Program-made: the position numbers and the translations under genes
The notes under the pieces: generated by a model
Told to the model about the DNA's origin: nothing
The model's database searches: none
What the model saw: only the letters and a program-made list of their open reading frames with translations
Shown here: one piece after another, positions 22,111-32,400 of the stretch
Layout of the letters: every line of letters begins with the position of its first letter
How positions within the stretch are numbered: position 1 is the first letter of the stretch
From: Sulfuricaulis sp.
Lineage (GTDB): Bacteria > Pseudomonadota > Gammaproteobacteria > Acidiferrobacterales > Sulfurifustaceae
Direction: 5' to 3'
DNA: 40,779 nt
Assembly: GCA_035456865.1 (NCBI GenBank)
Contig: DATICK010000250.1
Span: 1 to 40,779, forward strand

Positions 22111-22776
22111 ATGGAACAGGTAAATCTGGCATTGGAGCCGCTTCGGGCCTTTCTCATGCAACTGGGGGTGTTTTTGCCGAAGCTGATTCTGGCGATTATT
22201 ATCATCATCGCCGGCTGGTTACTGGCGAAGTTTCTCAAACTCCTGGTCATCAAGGGCTTGCAGGTTATCAATTTTCATGTGCTGACCGAAAAAGCCGGAA
22301 TAGACGGCTTCCTGCAACAAGGCGGCATTAAAACCGGAATGTCGGGAATATTGGGGGCGCTTATCTACTGGCTCGTCATTCTCGTGACGCTGGTGATTGC
22401 CTTCAACGGTCTCGGCCTCACTTATGTCACCGATCTGGTGAGCCGCGTGGTCATGTTTATCCCCAAGGTAATCGTGGCCGTGTTGATTCTCGCAGTCGGC
22501 ATGTATTTCGCCCGGTTTATCGCGCAGACCGTTTCCGCGTATTGCAAGAATGTGGGGCTCCAAGACGCTGACCTTCTGGGACGAATTTCGCAATACGCCA
22601 TCATGACCTTCGTCGTGTTGATCGCGCTCGATCAGGTGAACGTGGTAACCGATATCATTCGCCAGTCCTTCTTGATTCTGCTGGCGGGTTTGGTGTTGGC
22701 GCTGGCGCTCGCCTTCGGCATTGGCGGACAGAAAACGGCGGCAGAACTGCTGGAGCGCTGGTGGTCCAAGAAGTGA
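22111..22776 (+). CDS. CmpX-like membrane protein (MscS TM-helix repeats)
   Basis: Two repeats of the FLPKLILAIII / FIPKVIVAVLIL TM unit; C-terminal ALAFGIGG. Confidence 0.75.
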   Translation: MEQVNLALEPLRAFLMQLGVFLPKLILAIIIIIAGWLLAKFLKLLVIKGLQVINFHVLTEKAGIDGFLQQGGIKTGMSGILGALIYWLVILVTLVIAFNGLGLTYVTDLVSRVVMFIPKVIVAVLILAVGMYFARFIAQTVSAYCKNVGLQDADLLGRISQYAIMTFVVLIALDQVNVVTDIIRQSFLILLAGLVLALALAFGIGGQKTAAELLERWWSKK

Positions 22777-22865
22777 GCGACGGAGCGGAAGGAAAACGAA
22801 CAACCCGGCGCGGAGAAAGGTGAAGCTTTCCTCTGTCGGCGGACCGCGGCAAAGGAGAGTATATT

Positions 22866-22931
22866 ATGACCGCGATTAATTCAGCCCGGTATGCGAACAG
22901 GGCGCCGAGGCGACCGCTACATGAACAATAA
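22866..22931 (+). CDS. Putative 21-aa leader peptide upstream of glgX
   Basis: AAAGGAG at 22851, then ATG 22866: [21 protein letters not shown]. The stop is followed by T-ATG in the glgX frame. Confidence 0.3.
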   Translation: MTAINSARYANRAPRRPLHEQ

Positions 22932-25077
22932 TATGCCCATTTGGCCAGGCAGACCTTATCCCTTGGGTGCTACTTGGGACGGCGAGGGTGTGAACTTCGC
23001 CATATTTTCCGAGCATGCCGAACAAGTGGAGCTGTGTCTGTTTGAGGACAAGGGCAAGCATGAAGTCGGGCGAATCCCCCTGCGTTGGCAGACCGATCAG
23101 GTTTGGCACTGTTATTTACCCGAGGCGCGACCGGGACTGCTTTATGGATACCGTGTCCACGGTCCTTACGATCCCAGGAAAGGCAAACGCTTCAATCATA
23201 ATAAGCTATTGCTTGATCCCTATGCCAAGGCGATCACAGGCCAGGTCAAGTGGAGCAACGCGGACTTCGGGTACCGTGTCGGCCACCGGCTGGAGGATTT
23301 GTCCTTCGACCGCAGCAATAACGCGCCGGGAGTGCCGAAGTGCAAGGTAATCGACCCGGCGTTTACTTGGGGCGATGACCGGCGGCTGCGCACGCCGTGG
23401 CACGACACTGTCATCTACGAACTGCACGTCAAGGGCTTCACCAGCCGCCATCCGCAGGTGCCGCCGCCCCTGTGTGGCACGTACGCGGGCCTGGGAACGG
23501 AGCCGGTGATTCGGCATCTCAAGCGTCTCGGCATCAACGCGGTCGAGCTCATGCCGGTACACACCTTCGTCGACGAGCGTCATCTCGTCGAAAAAGGACT
23601 GCGCAATTACTGGGGCTACAACTCGATCGGATTCTTCGCGCTGGACATGCGTTACTCGGCAACCGGTCTCGTGCGCGAATTTAAGACCATGGTCAAGACC
23701 CTGCACTCGAACGGCATCGAGGTGATCCTCGACGTGGTCTACAACCACACTGCCGAGGGCAACCAGATGGGCCCGACGCTCTCGTTCCGCGGCATCGACA
23801 ACGAGGCGTACTACCGTCTGAATCCGGACGATCCGCGTTACTACGTGGATTTCACCGGTTGTGGCAATACGCTTAACATGCAGCACCCACGCGTGCTGCA
23901 GCTCATCATGGACAGCCTGCGCTACTGGGTGCTGGAGATGCACGTGGATGGATTCCGTTTCGATCTCGCCTCCGCGCTGGCGCGTGAGCTGCACGAAGTG
24001 AACCGGTTGTCCGCGTTCTTCGACATCATCCAACAGGACCCGGTCTTGTCGCAGGTGAAGCTCATCGCCGAGCCCTGGGACCTGGGCGAGGGTGGTTACC
24101 AGGTCGGAAATTTTCCGGTCGGTTGGACCGAATGGAACGGCAAGTACCGCGACGTGGTGCGCGCCTACTGGAAAGGCGAGGGCGGGCTCATCGGCGAGCT
24201 GGCCTACCGGCTGACCGGCTCGAGCGACCTGTACGGCCACAGTGGCCGCCGGCCTCACGCCTCGATCAACTTCGTCACGGCGCACGACGGGTTCACCCTG
24301 CAAGATATCGTGAGCTACAACGACAAGCACAACGAGGCCAACGGCGAAGACAACCACGACGGGAGCGATCACAATCTATCCTGGAACTGCGGCGTGGAGG
24401 GGCCGACCGACGATCCGGTCGTCAGGGCCCTGCGCACTCAACAGAAACGCAACTTTCTGGCCACGTTGATCCTCTCCCAGGGCGTGCCCATGCTGCTCGC
24501 GGGCGATGAAATGGGACGCACGCAGCAGGGCAATAACAACGCCTACTGTCAGGACAGCGAGCTCACCTGGAACGACTGGAGCCTGACCCTGGAAGACCAC
24601 CAGCTGATCGCATTCGTGTCGCATGTCATCCGGATCCAGCAGCTCCACCCGGTATTTCGCCGTCGTTCGTTTTTTCAGGGCCGCCGTATCCGGGGTGAAG
24701 GCATCAAGGACATCACCTGGCTCAAGCCCGACGGCACGGAAATGACCGACCAGGAATGGCAGCAGGCGTTCGCCCGTTGCCTCGGCATGTTTCTCGCCGG
24801 CGAAGGGCTCGATGAGCAAGACGACCGCGGTCAGTCCGTCAGGGACGTCAACTTTCTGTTGCTGCTCAACGCGCATCACGACGAGATCGCGTTCACCTTG
24901 CCGGCCTATCATCCAGAGAGAAGCTGGAAGGTGGAACTCGACACGAGTCGGGACGCCGGCCTTGGCAGCGACAGTATCTACGCCGGCCTGCAGGCCTATC
25001 CGCTGCAGGGACGATCGCTGGCGTTGTTGCGCGAGAGCGGAAGCGAAACGCAAAACCCCACATCGGGACGCGTTTAA
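22921..25077 (+). CDS. glgX: Glycogen debranching enzyme (isoamylase)
   Basis: [41 protein letters not shown]. Start is 22921 or 22933. Confidence 0.96.
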   Translation: MNNNMPIWPGRPYPLGATWDGEGVNFAIFSEHAEQVELCLFEDKGKHEVGRIPLRWQTDQVWHCYLPEARPGLLYGYRVHGPYDPRKGKRFNHNKLLLDPYAKAITGQVKWSNADFGYRVGHRLEDLSFDRSNNAPGVPKCKVIDPAFTWGDDRRLRTPWHDTVIYELHVKGFTSRHPQVPPPLCGTYAGLGTEPVIRHLKRLGINAVELMPVHTFVDERHLVEKGLRNYWGYNSIGFFALDMRYSATGLVREFKTMVKTLHSNGIEVILDVVYNHTAEGNQMGPTLSFRGIDNEAYYRLNPDDPRYYVDFTGCGNTLNMQHPRVLQLIMDSLRYWVLEMHVDGFRFDLASALARELHEVNRLSAFFDIIQQDPVLSQVKLIAEPWDLGEGGYQVGNFPVGWTEWNGKYRDVVRAYWKGEGGLIGELAYRLTGSSDLYGHSGRRPHASINFVTAHDGFTLQDIVSYNDKHNEANGEDNHDGSDHNLSWNCGVEGPTDDPVVRALRTQQKRNFLATLILSQGVPMLLAGDEMGRTQQGNNNAYCQDSELTWNDWSLTLEDHQLIAFVSHVIRIQQLHPVFRRRSFFQGRRIRGEGIKDITWLKPDGTEMTDQEWQQAFARCLGMFLAGEGLDEQDDRGQSVRDVNFLLLLNAHHDEIAFTLPAYHPERSWKVELDTSRDAGLGSDSIYAGLQAYPLQGRSLALLRESGSETQNPTSGRV

Positions 25078-25280
25078 TGTCATTCAGGCTTATCCTGACA
25101 CTGGTGCTGACCGTCGTGGCTACCGTTTTCGTTTTGCAGAATACCGCCGTGGTTGAAATTCGCTTTCTGTTCTGTACGGTGGCCATGTCGCGCTCCTTGT
25201 TTATCGTCGTCATGCTTGTGATCGGCATGGCCCTGAGCTGGCTGCCGCATGGCTACATCGCGTTGCGACGCAAAAAATAG
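25077..25280 (+). CDS. LapA/DUF1049-like small membrane protein
   Basis: Two TM segments with FVLQNTAVVEIRFLF between them. Confidence 0.7.
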   Translation: MSFRLILTLVLTVVATVFVLQNTAVVEIRFLFCTVAMSRSLFIVVMLVIGMALSWLPHGYIALRRKK

Positions 25281-25289
25281 ATTTGTGCC

Positions 25290-26453
25290 ATGTCAGAAGT
25301 GATTGAGAAATGTCATCAGGAAGCACTGCGGCTGCTTCATCGTAATCTGACGCCCGATGGAATTCTGGCGGCGACGCGAACCGAAAAGTCGCAGAGTCGG
25401 CGCTATGACTGTATCTTTGGGAGAGATGCCGCCATTTGTACACTGGCCATGGTCTTGAGCGGCGACGCCAAATTGGTGCAAGGCGCCAAGAACAGCCTGC
25501 TGACGCTGGCGCGGCATCAGGCCGAAAATGGCCAGATTCCCAAGTATGTCGACACCAAACGGCACGAGCCGGATTTCTGGTACGTGGGCTGCATCGACGC
25601 CACCCTGTGGTGGCTGGTGGCGCTGAATTTCATCGCCAGGCATGCCCCGGATATGGCATTGGAAAAGAAGCTGAAGCCGCACGTGCAGCGCGCCATCACG
25701 TGGCTGCAATGCCAGGAACATCCACGGCTGCATCTGTTGCAGCAGAACGAGGCCAGCGACTGGGCCGACATCATGCCGCGCTCCGGATTCGTGCTTTACA
25801 CCAATGCCCTGTGGTATTACGTCAAGCAACAGTACGGATTGGCGCGGGCGAAACAGACGCGTTACCATTTCAACCATCTGTTCCACCCGTTTTCGCACGA
25901 CGTGCCGGGATACCGCCGTCTGCAGTTGCTCACGCATTATGCGCGCAGCAAGGCGAAGAACCGCGATCTATACCTGAGCTTCGTGAACTTTTCGTTCTGG
26001 GGCGAGGAGGGCGATGTATTCGGCAACCTGCTGGCGATTCTTTTCGGGCTGGCGGACGCGAAACAGGCGCGTCGCATCCTGCGCGCGCTGGACAAGGCGG
26101 CGATCGCCGCGCGTCATCCGGTGCGCGTGACCTGCATGCCGATCCGCCGCACCGATTCCCTGTGGCGCGCGTACATGGCGCGCCACCGGCAGAATTTCGA
26201 GCTCCGCTACCACAATGGCGGGATCTGGCCCTTCATCGGTGGATTCTGGGTCATGACGCTGGCGCTGCTCGGCAAGCGGCGCTTGGCGGCGCGGCAACTC
26301 GAGCGCCTGGCCAGGGTTAACGCGATTAATGGCTGGGAGTTCAATGAGTGGTTTCACGGCAAGACCGGCAAGCCCTCGGGCATGGCGGGCCAGTCATGGA
26401 ACGCGGCGATGTACCTGCTAGCGCTGCGCGCGCTGGAGTCGAATATATTCTGA
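25290..26453 (+). CDS. GH100-like (alkaline/neutral invertase-related) six-hairpin glycosidase
   Basis: IFGRD, DATLWW, DWAD, YHNGGIWP, FNEW, QSWNAA motifs. Confidence 0.7.
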   Translation: MSEVIEKCHQEALRLLHRNLTPDGILAATRTEKSQSRRYDCIFGRDAAICTLAMVLSGDAKLVQGAKNSLLTLARHQAENGQIPKYVDTKRHEPDFWYVGCIDATLWWLVALNFIARHAPDMALEKKLKPHVQRAITWLQCQEHPRLHLLQQNEASDWADIMPRSGFVLYTNALWYYVKQQYGLARAKQTRYHFNHLFHPFSHDVPGYRRLQLLTHYARSKAKNRDLYLSFVNFSFWGEEGDVFGNLLAILFGLADAKQARRILRALDKAAIAARHPVRVTCMPIRRTDSLWRAYMARHRQNFELRYHNGGIWPFIGGFWVMTLALLGKRRLAARQLERLARVNAINGWEFNEWFHGKTGKPSGMAGQSWNAAMYLLALRALESNIF

Positions 26454-26494
26454 CGGCGTCGCTTTTTTCGGTTTCCCGCGGAAAAGGAGGCAAC

Positions 26495-27625
26495 ATGACA
26501 CATAATCCCCTGCTCATCATCAAGTCGTTGGGCCAGAGCATCTGGCTCGATTATATTGAGCGCGGGATGGTCGAAAGCGGCGAGCTGGCCCATCTGATCG
26601 AACGCGACGGGCTCGCCGGCATCACGTCCAACCCGTCCATATTCGAAAAGGCCATCACCGGACACGAGGACTATGAGGCGGACATCGCCAGGCTCTCCCG
26701 CCGCGCCCGGAACGCGATGGAGATGTACGAGGCCATCGTCCTGGATGACATCGGCCACGCGGCCGATCTGTTCCTGCCGGTACATGAAAAGACGAAGGGG
26801 CGTGACGGTTTCGTCAGCATCGAAGTCTCGCCGCACCTGGCCTACGACGCGGACAAGACAGTCAAACAAGCGGTGTGGCTGTGGGAGAAATTGCACCGGC
26901 CCAATATCATGATCAAGGTTCCGGGGACCGTTTCGGGCCTGCCCGCCATCCGGCAACTCATCGCGAAAGGCATCAACGTGAACGTGACCCTGCTGTTCGG
27001 TCTCGGCCGATATCGCGAGGTGTTGCAGGCATGGCTTTCCGGTCTCGAAGACCGCGTGAACGCCGGACTGACGCTGGAGCCTGTGGCCTCGGTCGCCAGT
27101 TTCTTCCTGAGCCGAATCGATGTGCTGGTGGACAAGCGTCTCGATGCGCTGATCCGCTCAGGATCGGACAAGTCCGTTTCGACGTTGCGCGGCGCGGCGG
27201 CCATCGCCTATGCGCGCATGGCTTACCGCATATACCGTGAGATGCAGGGCACGGAGCGCTGGCGCAGGCTCGCCGCGCGTGGCGCGCAGCCGCAACGGCT
27301 GTTGTGGGCCAGCACCGGGACCAAGGACCCGGCCTACAGCGACGTGAAGTATGTCGAGTCATTGATCGGACCGGAAACGGTCAACACCTTGCCGCCGGAG
27401 ACGCTGGATGCCTACCGCAAACACGGTGACCCGGCCCTGCGTCTGGAGCAGGACCTGGCGCAGGCCGCCGAGGTAACGGCCAGGCTGGAGCGATCGGGAA
27501 TTGATCTGGAAGCCGTGGCGCAGCAGCTGGAAGCAGAGGGCGTGAAAAAATTTGTCGAGCCGTTTGACAAGCTGCTTGCCTCGCTCGAGCAACGGCGCCG
27601 GAAATTCGCCATCGAGGGCGCGTGA
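26495..27625 (+). CDS. tal: Transaldolase (long, type 2)
   Basis: GQSIWLD, TSNPSIF, MIKVP, NVNVTLLF, VASFFLSRID, WASTGTK. ATG 26495 after AAGGAGG. Confidence 0.93.
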   Translation: MTHNPLLIIKSLGQSIWLDYIERGMVESGELAHLIERDGLAGITSNPSIFEKAITGHEDYEADIARLSRRARNAMEMYEAIVLDDIGHAADLFLPVHEKTKGRDGFVSIEVSPHLAYDADKTVKQAVWLWEKLHRPNIMIKVPGTVSGLPAIRQLIAKGINVNVTLLFGLGRYREVLQAWLSGLEDRVNAGLTLEPVASVASFFLSRIDVLVDKRLDALIRSGSDKSVSTLRGAAAIAYARMAYRIYREMQGTERWRRLAARGAQPQRLLWASTGTKDPAYSDVKYVESLIGPETVNTLPPETLDAYRKHGDPALRLEQDLAQAAEVTARLERSGIDLEAVAQQLEAEGVKKFVEPFDKLLASLEQRRRKFAIEGA

Positions 27626-29460
27626 ATCGTCGCCATCGCATGCCGTTCGGAGTCGAGCGGCAGGCGAATGGGGCGCTGCGTTTTCGCCTGTGGGCGCCGG
27701 CGGCGCACCGCGTCGACCTGTGCCTCGAAACCGCGACAACGGAAACTCTCCTGCCCATGGAAAAGGAAAAGGACGGATGGTTCAGCCTGTTGACAGCGCG
27801 CGCAGAGCCGGGCGCGCTCTACCGATACCGCATTGACGGCGATCAACGCGTGCCCGACCCGGCCTCGCGCTACCAGCCACGGGACGTGCACGGGCCGAGC
27901 CAGGTGATCGAACCCGAGGCCTGGGAGTGGACGGATGCCGACTGGCGCGGCCGTCCCTGGGAAGAGGCGGTGACATACGAATTGCATGTGGGAAGCTTCA
28001 GCGAAATTGGCACCTTCGCCGGCGTGAAACAGCATCTCGCTGAACTCGCTGAACTGGGCATCACGGCCATCGAACTCATGCCAGTGGCGGATTTCCCCGG
28101 GCGGCGTAACTGGGGCTATGACGGCGTGCTGCCATTCGCGCCGGACAGCCGTTACGGCCGCCCCGAGGACCTGAAGGATCTGGTGCAGAGCGCCCACGCG
28201 CGCGGGATCATGGTGTTCCTCGACGTGGTCTACAACCACTTCGGTCCCGAAGGCAATTACCTGCATCTGTACGCGCCGCAATTTTTCACTGACCGGCATC
28301 ACACACCCTGGGGTGCGGCCATTAATTTCGACGGCGAGGACAGCGCCACGGTGCGGGATTTTTTCATCCACAACGCCCTGTACTGGCTGGAGGAATATCA
28401 TCTGGACGGCCTGCGTTTCGATGCGGTGCATGCCATTATCGATGATTCGCAGCCGGATATTTTGCAGGACATTGCCAAGGCCGTGGCACACGGTCCCGCT
28501 GTCTCACGTCGGTTACACCTGGTGCTTGAAAACGAACACAATCAGGCCCGGTATCTCGAACGAGATTTCGCACTGTGTCCACACTGTTATGTCGCACAGT
28601 GGAATGACGACATCCATCACACATTGCATGTATTGACCACCGGCGAGACGGGCGGTTATTACGAGGATTACGCCGATGCGCCGGTGCAGCGACTTGGGCG
28701 CTGCTTGGCCGAGGGATTTGCCTATCAGGGTGAGCCATCGCGTTACCGTCACGGCGCGGCGCGCGGCGAATCTTCGCGTGAACTGCCGGTCACCGCGTTC
28801 GTATCGTTCCTGCAGAACCACGACCAGATTGGCAACCGGGCAATGGGTGAACGCATTACAAGGCTTGCCTCCGAAGAGTCAATACGGGCGGCCATGGCCA
28901 TCTTGCTCCTGGCGCCCTCACCGCCATTGCTGTTCATGGGTCAGGAATGGGGCGCGACGCAGCCATTCCTGTTTTTCTGCGACTTCGGGCCGGAACTGGC
29001 GGCTGCCGTGACGGAAGGGCGGCGCAAGGAGTTTGCCCGCTTCCCCGAATTCAACGATGCCGATGCACGTGCACGCATTCCCGATCCCAACGATGAAAAA
29101 ACTTTTGCCATGTCCTGCCTTGATCATGCCTCTTCCCGCACCGAAGCGGCACAGGCGTGGCGCCGGTTCCATCAGGAAATGCTCACGTTACGGGCGCGTG
29201 AGATCGTCCCACGCCTGCGCGGACTGCGCCCGGGCGGCACCGACTTTGAACCGCTGGGCGCCGAGGCGCTGCGTGTCCACTGGCGGCTCGGCGACGGTTC
29301 GTATCTGACGCTGCTGGCCAACCTGGGTTCGAAGCCGGTGTCGGGTATTACGAAGCCATGCGGGAAATTACTGACAGCCGTGCCGGTGCACAGGGAAAAC
29401 CGTTTCAGCGGTCAGCTTCCGGTCTGGTCGGTATGGTGGTTTCTTGAGCCATCCTCGTGA
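27622..29460 (+). CDS. treZ: Malto-oligosyltrehalose trehalohydrolase
   Basis: FRLWAP, PDPASRYQP, NWGYDG, DGLRFDAVHAI, LQNHDQIGNR. Confidence 0.95.
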   Translation: MNRRHRMPFGVERQANGALRFRLWAPAAHRVDLCLETATTETLLPMEKEKDGWFSLLTARAEPGALYRYRIDGDQRVPDPASRYQPRDVHGPSQVIEPEAWEWTDADWRGRPWEEAVTYELHVGSFSEIGTFAGVKQHLAELAELGITAIELMPVADFPGRRNWGYDGVLPFAPDSRYGRPEDLKDLVQSAHARGIMVFLDVVYNHFGPEGNYLHLYAPQFFTDRHHTPWGAAINFDGEDSATVRDFFIHNALYWLEEYHLDGLRFDAVHAIIDDSQPDILQDIAKAVAHGPAVSRRLHLVLENEHNQARYLERDFALCPHCYVAQWNDDIHHTLHVLTTGETGGYYEDYADAPVQRLGRCLAEGFAYQGEPSRYRHGAARGESSRELPVTAFVSFLQNHDQIGNRAMGERITRLASEESIRAAMAILLLAPSPPLLFMGQEWGATQPFLFFCDFGPELAAAVTEGRRKEFARFPEFNDADARARIPDPNDEKTFAMSCLDHASSRTEAAQAWRRFHQEMLTLRAREIVPRLRGLRPGGTDFEPLGAEALRVHWRLGDGSYLTLLANLGSKPVSGITKPCGKLLTAVPVHRENRFSGQLPVWSVWWFLEPSS

Positions 29461-29467
29461 GGCGGAC

Positions 29468-32400
29468 ATGAGCGAACCAGACAAACTTCAGGAACTCTGC
29501 CGGCTCTGTGGCGTGGACATCGAGTACACCGACATCTGGGGAAAATCTCATGCTGTGCCGGAGCGCACTCTCTTGGCGCTGCTAGCGGCCATGGGTGTTG
29601 ATGCCGCTGACGAGACAAACCTGCGCTCGGCGCTGAAGGCGCGCCGATGGCGCCCGTGGCAACGGATGCTGGCGCCGGTTCAGGTTGTGCGCGCTGCCAC
29701 ATCCCCGACACGCATTCTCCTGGTGTTCGCGGTGAGCGACGCGGCTTTGCCGTTTGAATGGAAGCTGTGGACCGAAGCGGGCAGAGAGTCAGGCGGCAAG
29801 ACGAGCGCTATGGATCTGGAATTACTGGAGCAGCGCGATATCGATGGCGATGTCATGGCCAGGTACGCCATGATCCTGCCGGAGACCCTGTCTTGCGGTT
29901 ACCACCGGTTCGAAATCAAATGCGCATCCGGCAATTCCGCGAGCCTGAGTCTCATTGTCGCGCCTGACGCCTGTTATCTGCCGCCGGCGCTGGCCGGCGA
30001 GGGAAGGGTATGGGGTCCGGCGGTGCATCTGTATACCCTGCGTTCCCCGCATAACTGGGGCATCGGCGATTTTACCGACCTTCGCGGTCTGCTGGAGCAG
30101 TGCCGCGAGTCCGGCGCCGACATCATCGGCCTGAATCCCTTGCACGACTTGTTTCCGCACAATCCGCAGCATGCCAGCCCCTACAGTCCATCGAGCCGGC
30201 AGTTCCTCAACTACCTGTACATCGATGTCGAGGCCATTCCTGAGTTTACCGAATGCGAAACCGTCAGGCAGATGGTCGCCGCACCTGAGTTTCAGGCACG
30301 CCTACAGGCCCTGCGCGCGGCGGAATGCGTGGATCATGACGGCGTCGCCGCCATGAAACGACCGGTGCTGGAAGAATTGTACAGCTATTTTCGCCGGCAA
30401 CATGTACAGACCGGGACAGACAGTAGCCATGCATTCCGCGCCTTTATTGAGGCGGGGGGTGAAGGACTCTACCGTCACGCACTGTACGAGGCCTTGCAGG
30501 AATATTTTCATGCACAGGACCCCTCGGTCTGGGGCTGGGAAATCTGGCCGCAGGCCTTTCGCGATCCGCAGTCTTCCGAAGTCAGGCAGTTTGCCGAAAG
30601 TCACCACGAACGGGTGGAGTTTTTCCAATATCTGCAATGGCACGCGGAAACCCAACTCGCCGCTGCCGGCCACCGTTCACTCGAACTGCGCCTTGGAGTC
30701 GGCCTCTACCAGGACTTGGCAATCAGCGTCGATCGTGCCAGTGCCGAAGTCTGGGCCAACCAATCACTGTTTGTCACCCATGCGACCATCGGTGCGCCAC
30801 CGGATGATTTCAATCTGAACGGACAGAACTGGGGCTTGCCACCGTGGAACCCCGATGCACTCGTGGATTCGGCCTATGCACCGTTCATCGCGACCTTGCG
30901 CGCCAACATGCGCCACAGCGGCGGGTTGCGCATCGATCACGTCATGGGTCTCATGCGGCTGTTCTGGGTGCCGAGGGATGCCGGCCCGGTTGATGGGACC
31001 TACGTCCATTATCCGTTTGACGATCTGCTCGGTATTGTCGCACTCGAAAGCCAGCGCAACCGCTGCCTCGTCATCGGCGAGGATCTCGGAACCGTGCCGG
31101 ATGCCGTGCGGTCGACTCTGGCATCATCAGGCGTCTTTACCCACCGACTGTTGTATTTTGAAAAAGACCCACAAGGCGATTTCAAACCGCCGGGAGACTA
31201 TCCGCAACAGGCGCTGGTGGCGGTGAGCACCCACGATCTGCCAACCCTGTCCGGGTTCTGGCACGGCGACGATCTCTCCGAACGGGCCGCGCTCAATCAC
31301 TTTCCGTCCGAGGCAGAGCGGGACAGACAGGTGATCGCGCGGGCCGAAGATCGCGCCCGCCTGTTGCTTGCCCTGGACCGGGAAAAGCTGCTGCCGAAAG
31401 GCATGACCGTGTACCCGATATCGAGTCCGGACATGACGCTGGAACTCATGTGCGCGGTACACAATTACCTTGCCAATACTCCTTCCAAGATCATGCTGGT
31501 GCAGCTCGAAGATGTCCTGGGCCAGCGACGCCAGGTGAACTTCCCCGGGACAAGCGAGGAACGTCCGAACTGGCGTTACAAGCTGGTTCTCGACATGGAA
31601 GACTTAGCGGCTGACCCCCGCTGGAAAAAGCTGACGAACGACCTGCGCGCTCGGCGCTTGCCAGCACCCGTGCCGGTCAGACGCGAGCGGGTCTTGCAGA
31701 TCCCGACAGCCACCTACCGCCTGCAGTTCCATCGTGATTTCACCTTTGCCCAGGCCGCGGCGCTTGTGCCATACCTGCAGCGCCTCGGAATCAGCCATTG
31801 TTACGCCTCGCCTTATCTCAAGGCGCGCGCCGGCAGCCGCCACGGGTATGACATCGTGGATCACAATGCGCTCAATCCGGAGATCGGCAGCGTCGAGGAT
31901 TACGATCGCTTTGTCCGGACCCTGCACGATCATGGACTCGGTCAGATAGTCGACATCGTACCGAACCACATGGGCGCGGGAGGTGATGACAACCAGTGGT
32001 GGATGGATGTGCTCGAGAACGGCCAGGCCTCGGCCTATGCCGGTTTCTTCGATATCGACTGGCATCCGCCAAAGGACGATTTGCGCGGCAAGGTGCTGTC
32101 ACCGGTGCTCGGTGACCACTATGGCAGATTGCTCGAGAGTGGCGAGATTAAACTCGCGTTTGAGGCGGGGCAGGGCACATTTGCGGTGCGCTATTATTCC
32201 AACCGGTTTCCGATCGACCCGCAGTCCTATCCATTACTGTTAGGCCATGACCTGGCACGCCTCGAGCGGCAGCTCGGCGCCGATCATCCGCTGTTGTCGG
32301 AATTCCAGAGTCTGATTACCGCGTTGCGCAACCTTCCGGGACGCGGGGAGACGGATGAGGCGCACATCAAGGAGCGACGTCGCGACAAAGAGGTGCACAA

